A DNA stretch of 63,127 bases, the filler included, from Octopus bimaculoides (taxonomy: Eukaryota), in assembly GCF_001194135.2 (NCBI RefSeq). It is 9 parts of 9 records of this genome, joined end to end, with 100 filler letters (N's around TTAATTAATTAA, not from the genome) between each part and the next. Parts side by side here need not be neighbours in the genome. Positions count along the whole stretch, not along the records: positions 8,784 to 15,791 come from NC_068986.1; positions 15,892 to 21,943 come from NW_026299608.1; positions 22,044 to 28,926 come from NC_068995.1; 6 more parts are not named here. One strand, 5' to 3'. The number at the start of each line of letters is the position of its first letter. The stretch's first letter is position 1. Under the pieces are notes generated by a model. The model ran no database searches. It was not told the origin of the DNA and was given only the letters and a program-made list of their open reading frames with translations. Below, piece after piece: positions 13,505-24,240 of the stretch. Made by a program: the position numbers and the translations under genes.

Positions 13505-13553
13505 CATCGAAAAATACCTTAGGAATGAGAACCCAGGTTAGAAATTACCCCAG

Positions 13554-13599
13554 GACAACTGATGAAGGCTGGAAGGTATAGCAGCCGAAATATTGTGTT
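13554..13599 (+). ncRNA. Minimal hammerhead-like motif (right arm, mutated)
   Basis: CTGATGA-A-GGCTG...CAGCC-GAAAT-ATT-GTGTT; the CG of ACGT has become TA. Confidence 0.45.
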
Positions 13600-13778
13600 G
13601 ACAACAAACAAGATGAGGACAAATATCCGTCAAAATGTAAATAATGTAAATAATTCCTCATCTCTTAAATATAGAATTGAACTTTCCATAAGTTTATCAT
13701 TTAAGTATATAATGGCATGTTTAGACATGCAACTATGTAAATGAGAATACATACATAAAACAAAACTCACAAATCTGC

Positions 13779-13840
<62 letters not shown>

Positions 13841-14416
13841 NNNNNNNNNNNNNNNNNNNNNNNNCACACACATACATACATACATACATACATACATACC
13901 CTATTGATGTTGAAATTCCAATGAAGGAGCCTTGGATCTAGGTTAGAAACCGGTTCTTTCTCTATTGGCAACAAATCTTGAAAAAGAACTGAATAATTAC
14001 ATACATACATACACACACATACATGTATGCATACATACATACATACATACACACATACACACATACATACATACATACATACATACGTACGTACATACAT
14101 ACATACATATATACATACATACATACGTTGTGATTGTCATTGCTATTGCAATACGAAAACAAGAAATAAGCACAATTTCAGTTAACCACGCAAGAACAAG
14201 AACTTTTCTCTGAATCAGTTTACCGCAAAATTTCCGGTTATTCCCTCACAGAGGATTTGGTCGAGCCGAGGCTACGATAATACAAGATGTAGCGTAGCTT
14301 GCTTACTAGGCTTCAGACCGAAGACATTTTGTTGCGGAGTGAACTGCTTGACCACACAACCTAAAGAGTGACCATAGAATTTTTAAAAAAAACTGAACTC
14401 CTGTGGAATTATATTG

Positions 14417-14615
14417 GTTTCAAATTTTGGCATAAAGCCTGCGATTTCGGAGCAGTGGGTAAGTGGATTACATCGATTGCAGTGTCCAACTGGTACTTAT
14501 TTTATCGACCCTGAAAGAACGAAAGGCATAGTCGACCTCGGCGGAATTTGAGCTCAGAACATGAAGACAGATTAAATGCCGCTAAGTATTTTGCCCGGGG
14601 GAGCTAATGATTCTG
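14417..14615 (-). mobile_element. tRNA-derived SINE, family B
   Basis: Minus strand GCGAGCTAGCAGAATCATTAGC...GAGCTCAAATTCCGCCGAGGTCGAC...GAAACC; same family recurs in the window. Confidence 0.8.
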
Positions 14616-14647
14616 CTAGCTCGCTACCTAACTGCTATTATACTTTG

Positions 14648-14855
14648 GTTTCAAAAGTTGGCACAAGGCTAGCAATTTCGGGGGATGGTACGGTGATTAA
14701 ATCGACCACAGTGCTCGACTTGGACGCATTTTATCGATCCGAAAGAATGGAAGGCAAAGTTGTTCTCTGCGGAATTTGAACTCTGAACGTAAAGACGGAC
14801 GAAATGCTCCTAAGCATTTTGGCCCGGGTGCTAGCGACTCTGTCAACTTGCCGCC
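14648..14855 (-). mobile_element. tRNA-derived SINE, family B (tandem copy)
   Basis: Second adjacent copy; B-box-like GTTCAAATTCCGC on the minus strand at 14769-14781. Confidence 0.8.
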
Positions 14856-15664
14856 TTTGTGTGAGATTATATTAATGTGAGAGTGATGCTACTGCTATTG
14901 TTATTTAAGTTTATATCAGCCATGAATCAGTAAATCTATGATCAAACCAAGTTATGGTTTAGCCACAGGTCATCCCTGTTTGAGCAATCCTATCGTCAAA
15001 GGGTTTTCATTTAACCCTAGGTTAGCCCTGATTAAAATGGCCTAAGATCAAAGATGTGATACTTTCTCTATCCTGTCTTTCTGTTTGTCTCGGCACTTAT
15101 GTAATCTCGGCTTACATTATTCAACATGTTTTCCCGCTTTCAAAACATAGAAAGATTTCACTGCTATTTTTAGCAGATTCAGCGACCCTGCTAGAGACTC
15201 TCACACTTGCGGAATCATACATAATATATCTAAATGACAAAAATAATCTCTTTCGAAGGGATTGACTCTAATAGATGATTTACCCATAATAAACAGAATC
15301 GAGAGAATATTATCAGCGGGAAATTCATATATACATTTTGTTATGTTATGCATGCATACATTTTTTACTACACTAAATATTCAAAAAGCATTTATATCAT
15401 ATATCGCATTTGATTATACATGTATACAAGTGTCCTTTTTATATAATGCATACGGTCGTTTCTGCCATAAAAAGAAAAACGTAGCATTCATTATTTTATA
15501 TTATACATACATAGATATGATATTAATGGAGTGCAACCATCCGCATAAGCCTGGGCAAGGTAATGGGAAACCACTCCTGTGTTATCTTTCCAACCATTCC
15601 TATGAGAAACCCTGTTCTGCAGTGATCTCACAGAACTAATTGTAACAATTGTAATGATAAGGGT

Positions 15665-15695
<31 letters not shown>

Positions 15696-15891
15696 TGCAC
15701 ATACACGCACGCACGCACGCACGCACGCACGCCTCAAACTACATTTCAGTTGCATGGCCAAAACGAATAAAAGAATATATATATATATATANNNNNNNNN
15801 NNNNNNNNNNNNNNNNNNNNNNNNNNNNNNNNNNNTTAATTAATTAANNNNNNNNNNNNNNNNNNNNNNNNNNNNNNNNNNNNNNNNNNNN

Positions 15892-18800
15892 ACGTACGTT
15901 CGAATTCCGCTCGAACGGTGCAGAGGGAGGCCGAACGGACGCATATACGTTCGATTTCCGCTCGAACGTTGCAGAGGGAGGCCGAATGGACGCACGTACG
16001 TTCGAATTCCGCTAGAACGGTGTAGAGGGAGATCGATCGGACGCACGATTGTTTAAATTTCGGTCGAACGGTGCATAGGTATGCCGAACGGACGCATGTA
16101 CGTTCGAATTCCGCTCGAACGGTGCAGAGGGATGCCGATCAGACGCATGTACGTTCGAATTCTGCTCGAACGGTGCAGAGGGAGGCCGAACGGTCGCACG
16201 TACGTTTGAATTCCACACGAACGGTGCAGAGGTAGGACGTACGGACGCACTAACGTTCGAAATCCGCTGGGAAGGTGCAGAGGGAGGCCGTACGGACGCA
16301 CTAACGTTCGAAATCCGCTGGGAAGGTGCAGAGGGAGGCATAACGGTGGCACAAACGTTCGAATTCAGCTCGAATGGTGCAGAGTGACCGAACGGACGCA
16401 TGTATTTTCGAATACGCTCGAACTGTGCAGAGGGAGGCCGAACGGACGCATGTTCGTTCGAATTCCGTTCGAACAATTCAGAGGGAGGCCGAATGGTCGC
16501 ACGTACGTTCGAATTCCTCACGAACGGTGCAGAGGTAGGCCGTCCGGACGCACGAACGTTCGAATTATGCTGGGAAGGTGCAGAGGGAGGCCGAACGGAC
16601 GCACGTACGTTCGAATTCCGGTCGAACGGTGCAGAGGGAGGCTGNNNNNNNNNNNNNNNNNNNNNNNNNNNNNNNNNNNNNNNNNNNNNNNNNNNNNNNN
16701 NNNNNNNNNNNNNNNNNNNNNNNNNNNNNNNNNNNNNNNNNNNNNNNNNNNNNNNNNNNNNNNNNNNNNNNNNNNNNNNNNNNNNNNNNNNNNNNNNNNN
16801 NNNNNNNNNNNNNNNNNNNNNNNNNNNNNNNNNNNNNNNNNNNNNNNNNNNNNNNNNNNNNNNNNNNNNNNNNNNNNNNNNNNNNNNNNNNNNNNNNNNN
16901 NNNNNNNNNNNNNNNNNNNNNNNNNNNNNNNNNNNNNNNNNNNNNNNNNNNNNNNNNNNNNNNNNNNNNNNNNNNNNNNNNNNNNNNNNNNNNNNNNNNN
17001 NNNNNNNNNNNNNNNNNNNNNNNNNNNNNNNNNNNNNNNNNNNNNNNNNNNGGCCGAACGGACGCATGTTCGTTCGAATTCCGTTCGAACAATTCAGAGG
17101 GAGGCCGAATGGTCGCACGTACGTTCGAATTCCTCACGAACGGTGCAGAGGTAGGCCGTCCGGACGCACGAACGTTCGAATTATGCTGGGAAGGTGCAGA
17201 GGGAGGCCGAACGGACGCACGTACGTTCGAATTCCGGTCGAACGGTGCAGAGGGAGGCTGAACGGACGCACATACGTTCGGTTTCCGCTCGAGCGGTGCA
17301 GAGGGAGGCCGAATGGACGCACGTACGTTCGAAATCCGCTCGAACGGTGCAGAGGCATGCCGAACGGACGCATGTACGTTCGAATTTCGCTCGAAAGTTG
17401 CAGAGGGATGCCGATCAGACGCATGTACGTTCGAATACTGCTCGAACGGTGTAGAGGGAGACCGAACAGGTGCATGAATGTTCGAATTTCGGTCGAACGG
17501 TGCAGATGGAGGCCGAACGGACGCACATACGTTCGATTTCCGCTCGAACGGTGCAGTGGGAGGCCGAATGGACGCATGTACGTTCGAAATCCGCTCGAAG
17601 GGTGTAGAGGGATGTCGAACGGACGCACGTACGTTCGAATTCTTCTCGAACGGTGCAGAGGGAGGTCGAACGGACGCACTTACGGTCGAATTCCGTTCGA
17701 ACAATGCGGAGGGAGGCCGAACGGTCGCACGTACNNNNNNNNNNNNNNNNNNNNNNNNNNNNNNNNNNNNNNNNNNNNNNNNNNNNNNNNNNNNNNNNNN
17801 NNNNNNNNNNNNNNNNNNNNNNNNNNNNNNNNNNNNNNNNNNNNNNNNNNNNNNNNNNNNNNNNNNNNNNNNNNNNNNNNNNNNNNNNNNNNNNNNNNNN
17901 NNNNNNNNNNNNNNNNNNNNNNNNNNNNNNNNNNNNNNNNNNNNNNNNNNNNNNNNNNNNNNNNNNNNNNNNNNNNNNNNNNNNNNNNNNNNNNNNNNNN
18001 NNNNNNNNNNNNNNNNNNNNNNNNNNNNNNNNNNNNNNNNNNNNNNNNNNNNNNNNNNNNNNNNNNNNNNNNNNNNNNNNNNNNNNNNNNNNNNNNNNNN
18101 NNNNNNNNNNNNNNNNNNNNNNNNNNNNNNNNNNNNNNNNNNNNNNNNNNNNNNNNNNNNNNNNNNNNNNNNNNNNNNNNNNNNNNNNNNNNNNNNNNNN
18201 NNNNNNNNNNNNNNNNNNNNNNNNNNNNNNNNNNNNNNNNNNNNNNNNNNNNNNNGGTGCAGAGGGAACAGACACACGTACGTTCGAATTCCGCTCGAAC
18301 GGTGCAGAGGGAAGCCGATAGGACGCACGTACGTTCGAATTCCTCTCGAACGATGCAGAGGGAGGTCGAACGGACGCACTTACGGTCGAATTCCGTTCGA
18401 ACAATGCGGAGGGAGGCCGAACGGTCGCACGTACGTTCGAATTTCTCACGAACGGTGCAGAGGGACGTCGAACGGACGCACGAATGTTCGAATTTCGGTC
18501 GAACAATGCAGAGGGATGCCGAACATACGCACGTACGTTCGAATTCCGCTCGAACGGTGCAGAAGGAGGTCGAACGCACGCACGAATGTTCGAATTTCGG
18601 TCGAACTGTGTAGAGGGATACCGATCAGACGCATGTACGTTCGAATTCCGCTCGAACGGTGCAGCGGGAGGCCGATCGGATGCACGTACGTTCGAATGCC
18701 TCACGAACGGTGCAGATGTAGGCCGTACGGACGCACGAACGTTCGAATTCCGCTGAGAAGGTGCAGAGGGAGGCTTAACTGTGGCACAAACGTTCGAATT

Positions 18801-21800
18801 CAGCTCGAATGGTGCAGAGAGAGACGGAACAGACGCATGCATGTTCGAATTCCGCTCGAACGGTGCAGAGGGAGGCAGAATGTACATACGTACGTCCCAA
18901 TTCCGCTCGAATGGTGCGGAGGGAGGCCGAATGGGCGCACGTACGTTCCAATTCCGCTCGAACGGTGTAGAGGAAGGCCGAACGGACGCACCTACGTTCG
19001 AATTTCGCTCGAACGTTGTAGAGGGAGATCGATCGGACGCACGATTGTTTAAATTTCGGTCGAACGGTGCATAGGTTTGCCGAACGGACGCATGTACGTT
19101 CGAATTCCGCTCGAACGCTGAAGAGGGATGCCGATCAGACGCATGTACATTCGAATTCCGCTCGAACAATGCAGAGGGATGCCGAACGGTCGCACGTACG
19201 TTCGAATTCCTCACGAACGGTGCAAATGTAGGCCGTACGGATTCCGCTGGGAAGGTGCAGAGGGAGGCTTAACGGTGGCACAAACGTTCGAATTCAGCCN
19301 NNNNNNNNNNNNNNNNNNNNNNNNNNNNNNNNNNNNNNNNNNNNNNNNNNNNNNNNNNNNNNNNNNNNNNNNNNNNNNNNNNNNNNNNNNNNNNNNNNNN
19401 NNNNNNNNNNNNNNNNNNNNNNNNNNNNNNNNNNNNNNNNNNNNNNNNNNNNNNNNNNNNNNNNNNNNNNNNNNNNNNNNNNNNNNNNNNNNNNNNNNNN
19501 NNNNNNNNNNNNNNNNNNNNNNNNNNNNNNNNNNNNNNNNNNNNNNNNNNNNNNNNNNNNNNNNNNNNNNNNNNNNNNNNNNNNNNNNNNNNNNNNNNNN
19601 NNNNNNNNNNNNNNNNNNNTCGCTCGAACGTTGTAGAGGGAGATCGATCGGACGCACGATTGTTTAAATTTCGGTCGAACGGTGCATAGGTTTGCCGAAC
19701 GGACGCATGTACGTTCGAATTCCGCTCGAACGCTGAAGAGGGATGCCGATCAGACGCATGTACATTCGAATTCCGCTCGAACAATGCAGAGGGATGCCGA
19801 ACGGTCGCACGTACGTTCGAATTCCTCACGAACGGTGCAAATGTAGGCCGTACGGATTCCGCTGGGAAGGTGCAGAGGGAGGCTTAACGGTGGCACAAAC
19901 GTTCGAATTCAGCCCGAATGGTGCAGAGAGAGACCGAACGGATACCTGAATGTTGGAATTCCGCTCGAACGGTGCAGAGGGAGGCCGAATAGACGCACTT
20001 ACGTTCGAATTCCGCTCGAACGGTGTAGAGGGAGGCCGAACGGACGCACATACGTTCGAATTCCGCTCGAACGGTGCAGAGGGAGGCCGAACGAACGCAC
20101 GTACTTTCGAATTCCGCTCGAACGGTGTAGAGGGGGGCCGAACGGACGAACGTACGTTCGAATTCCGCTCCAACGGTGCAGAGGGAAGCCGAACAGACGC
20201 ACGTACGTTTCAATTCTGCTCATTCGGTGCAGAGGTTAGCCGAACAGACGCACGTACGTTTGAATTCCGATCGAACGGTACAGATGAAGGCCGAACGGAC
20301 GCACGAACGTTCGAATTCCTCTCGAACGGTGCAGAAGTAAGCCGAACGGACGCACGTACGTTCGAATTCCGTTCGAACAATGCAGAGGGAGGCCGAATGG
20401 TCGCACGTACGTTCGAATTCCTTACGAACGGTGCAGAGGGAACAGACACACGTACGTTCGAATTCCGCTCGAACGGTGCAGAGGGAAGCCGATAGGACGC
20501 ACGTACGTTCGAATTCCTCTCGAACGATGCAGAGGGAGGTCGAACGGACGCATTTACGGTCGAATTCCGTTCGAACAATGCGGAGGGAGGTCGAACGGAC
20601 GCACNNNNNNNNNNNNNNNNNNNNNNNNNNNNNNNNNNNNNNNNNNNNNNNNNNNNNNNNNNNNNNNNNNNNNNNNNNNNNNNNNNNNNNNNNNNNNNNN
20701 NNNNNNNNNNNNNNNNNNNNNNNNNNNNNNNNNNNNNNNNNNNNNNNNNNNNNNNNNNNNNNNNNNNNNNNNNNNNNNNNNNNNNNNNNNNNNNNNNNNN
20801 NNNNNNNNNNNNNNNNNNNNNNNNNNNNNNNNNNNNNNNNNNNNNNNNNNNNNNNNNNNNNNNNNNNNNNNNNNNNNNNNNNNNNNNNNNNNNNNNNNNN
20901 NNNNNNNNNNNNNNNNNNNNNNNNNNNNNNNNNNNNNNNNNNNNNNNNNNNNNNNNNNNNNNNNNNNNNNNNNNNNNNNNNNNNNNNNNNNNNNNNNNNN
21001 NNNNNNNNNNNNNNNNNNNNNNNNNNNNNNNNNNNNNNNNNNNNNNNNNNNNNNNNNNNNNNNNNNNNNNNNNNNNNNNNNNNNNNNNNNNNNNNNNNNN
21101 NNNNNNNNNNNNNNNNNNNNNNNNNNNNNNNNNNNNNNNNNNNNNNNNNNNNNNNNNNNNNNNNNNNNNNNNNNNNNNNNNNNNNNNNNNNNNNNNNNNN
21201 NNNNNNNNNNNNNNNNNNNNNNNNNNNNNNNNNNNNNNNNNNNNNNNNNNNNNNNNNNNNNNNNNNNNNNNNNNNNNNNNNNNNNNNNNNNNNNNNNNNN
21301 NNNNNNNNNNNNNNNNNNNNNNNNNNNNNNNNNNNNNNNNNNNNNNNNNNNNNNNNNNNNNNNNNNNNNNNNNNNNNNNNNNNNNNNNNNNNNNNNNNNN
21401 NNNNNNNNNNNNNNNNNNNNNNNNNNNNNNNNNNNNNNNNNNNNNNNNNNNNNNNNNNNNNNNNNNNNNNNNNNNNNNNNNNNNNNNNNNNNNNNNNNNN
21501 NNNNNNNNNNNNNNNNNNNNNNNNNNNNNCAAATTCCGCTCGAACGGTGCCGAGGGAGGTCGATCGGATGCACGTACGTTCGAATGCCTCACGAACGGTG
21601 CAGATGTAGGCCGTACGGACGCACGAACGTTCGAATTCCGCTGGGAAGGTGCAGAGGGAGGCTTAACTGTGGCACAAACGTTCGAATTCAGCTCGAATGG
21701 TGCAGAGAGAGACGGAACAGACGCATGCATGTTCGAATTCCGCTTGAACGGTGCAGAGGGAGGCAGAATGGACATACGTACGTCCCAATTCCGCTCGAAT

Positions 21801-21943
21801 GGTGCGGAGGGAGGCCGAATGGACGCACGTACGTTCCAATTCCGCTCGAACGGTGTAGAGGAAGGCCGAACGGACGCACGTACGTTCGAATTCCGCTCGA
21901 ACGTTGTAGAGGGAGATCGATCGGACGCACGATTGTTTAAATT
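15892..21943. repeat. CpG-rich tandem satellite, 51-bp unit with higher-order variants
   Basis: Consensus ACGTACGTTCGAATTCCGCTCGAACGGTGCAGAGGGAGGCCGAACGGACGC; period 51 (GAGGCCGAA at 19981 and 20032); four internal N gaps. Confidence 0.97.
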
Positions 21944-22043
21944 NNNNNNNNNNNNNNNNNNNNNNNNNNNNNNNNNNNNNNNNNNNNTTAATTAATTAAN
22001 NNNNNNNNNNNNNNNNNNNNNNNNNNNNNNNNNNNNNNNNNNN

Positions 22044-22099
<56 letters not shown>

Positions 22100-22799
22100 T
22101 ACGTATGTATGTATGCATACAGACACATAAGTATGCATGTATGTTTGTATGTATGTATGTATGTATGTATGTATGTATGTATGTATGTATGTATGTATGT
22201 ATGTGTATGTATGTATGTATATTCCAAGGACATGAATGGAATATTACTCTGTTCAGGCGTAGGTAATTTCTCAGCTATCACTGAAGTACACTATGCGACA
22301 TTACGCATTACATACATACATGTATATATGTACGTATGTATGTATATATGTATGTATGTATGCATTCATGTATGTATGTATGCATTCATGTATGTTGGTA
22401 GGTAGGTAGGTGGGTGGGTAGGTAGGTAGGGGGAGAGAGGGAAGGAACGAGGTGGGTAGGTAGGTTGGTATGCATGTGTGTATGAAAACATATCGCGCAC
22501 ATGTGTACAGTGAAAGAGAGAGAAAGCGAATGAATGAAAGATGCATATGAATGCGTATATATATTTGTATACACATGTGTATACTAGCAAATGCTTATAT
22601 AAAGCTCTGTACACTCACACACGCATACACAAGCGTATATAATATTTAATTAACGTTTACCAACCTCTATAATGAACACTTGTATATATATTAGATAACA
22701 TCGCTTGCCGGTTTTACGAAGTTGATATTCTATACCCGTGCTTCAAATATTAACGGTTTCACCGAACCTGTCGGGTAGGAAACGAGGGCTAATACCCAC

Positions 22800-22961
22800 C
22801 TCTGTATCATTGGGTTTACGACTTGGGTTTTTAGCATTAGAATTCCATGGTGGTATCCCCAAAATATTATCCCAGACATGTAGCGATACCTATCCGTTGT
22901 ATCACCAAGCGACCACGTATAAAAATCATCCGACATGGAAGCACGTACGCAACGTAAAACA
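22800..22961 (-). CDS. Candidate 162-bp exon, product unknown
   Basis: Acceptor CCTTTTTTGTCTGTATAG, donor AG/GTGGGT, phase 2-2, one open frame (VLRCVRASMSDDFYTWSLGDTTDRYRYMSGIIFWGYHHGILMLKTQVVNPMIQ); protein not recognised. Confidence 0.35.
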
Positions 22962-23944
22962 CTATACAGACAAAAAGGCCAGCTAGTGCACACATATACA
23001 CACACAATAATCATATATTGAACGACACCCGCAATTCTACAGTAGAGCCGGACTGATATAGACGTACATCGTCTTTTCCTTCTCTCACTGTTTACTTCGT
23101 AACATCATAAACGTTGTTAATTTAGAGGTAGACGTGGAATAACGTGCATCGACACGCGCACATCTGAATGTCAACACACACACACACACAAATATATGTG
23201 TATGTATGTATGTATGTTAAGCATATATATATATATGTATATATAATGCATATGTGTATGTGTATGTATAAATTGTATGTATGCAGACATGCATCTTTAT
23301 TTAGCTCCCAAAATCCGATGGAGCCTTAGGGACGTCGCTACGATATGTGGTGTACCTTGGGCATTTAAACTTAGCGGAGTCGATCCCCACCGAACAGGTT
23401 CCACTCAGAGAAAGAGATAGAGGGAGAAAGAGGAAAGAATGAGTGAAAGAGAATAAGGGAAACCAAGAAAGAGAAATCTGTGATATCTACGCCTTTATCG
23501 ATAAATTCGATTATATGATATCTTTACATATAAATTTGTATACATATAAATATGATGGTTGTGGTGGAAGGCAAATGTTTTCTTATTCGAATCAGCTGTT
23601 TCGATTCTCACTGAAGTTAACTCACAAACTTGATAGAGGCGTAACTATTACAATTCTGCCTGTCTATCTGTCTCACTTTTTTTTGTCTTTGAAATATGTT
23701 GGGTAAACCACCTATTGTTTCTTACCAGTTCCGAACGTCAAATAAGAGTGTAGATACATATGTACCTACTATGTATATTAGTATGTATGTATATATNNNN
23801 NNNNNNNNNNNNNNNNNNNNNNNNNNNNNNNNNNNNNNNNNNNNNNNNNNNATATATATATATATATATAAGATATACAAAAATATTACATATATTTATC
23901 CACACAAACATAACATTATATGTAATATATGGGATGGACGTAAG

Positions 23945-24240
23945 TACGTCTGAGGGGTTCAGAAGTTTATTGGCAATCATGAGGTCCAGAGTTCGATCAC
24001 ACTGCATGGCATCTTCGACATGTGTCTTTGGCCTCGGGTGGAGCCAAGCACTATGGGCGGAATTTGATAGAGGGGAAAGTAGAAGCCCATCGGGTGGATT
24101 GTACCCGTAATGCAAAAGATTCAACCTTGTGATATGTAAATCAATTAGGCTCGGGAATTACGTTAAGCATACACGCCGCCTACACCTCAATTTAACGAAT
24201 CGGACACTCAGTTGATCAAACAACAGAACAGAACGCTCAT
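23945..24240 (+). mobile_element. Degenerate SINE, family-A-like head with family-C-like 3' part
   Basis: 5' GAGTTCGATCACACTGCATGGCATCTT...GCCTCGGGTGGAGCCAAGC resembles family A; 3' GAATTACGTTAAG...AGTTGATCAAACAAC..GAACGCTC resembles family C. Confidence 0.5.

Larger units (their letters stand above)
13178..13679. mobile_element. Head-to-head inverted dimer of a tRNA-headed, hammerhead-tailed short retroelement
   Basis: 12-bp direct repeat AACTTTCCATAA at 13166-13177 and 13680-13691; perfect 34-bp inverted arms 13348-13381 / 13399-13432; B box GTTCGATTCC at 13414-13423; CTGATGA...GAAA motif in each arm; AATGTAAAT tails at both outer ends. Confidence 0.85.
12300..13705 (+). pseudogene. R4/Dong-like non-LTR retrotransposon 3' part (CCHC knuckle + RLE), interrupted at 13178-13679
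   Basis: CRLCG...H.ISSC, RHY, HNRPG, EVNCPAD, IPVIIGALG; the terminal codons (K)TFHKFII* resume at 13680 after the insertion. Confidence 0.88.

Noticed and set aside
15080-15240. Minus-strand exon with plausible splice sites
   Set aside because: All three frames contain stops before the donor.
16400-18613. 737-aa and other very long ORFs in the satellite as genes
   Set aside because: They cross N gaps, change frame across gaps and arise from a stop-free 51-bp unit; kept only as a hypothesis.
15892-21943. CRISPR-like array
   Set aside because: Units are contiguous and homologous along their full length, with no unique spacers and no cas genes; the context is eukaryotic.
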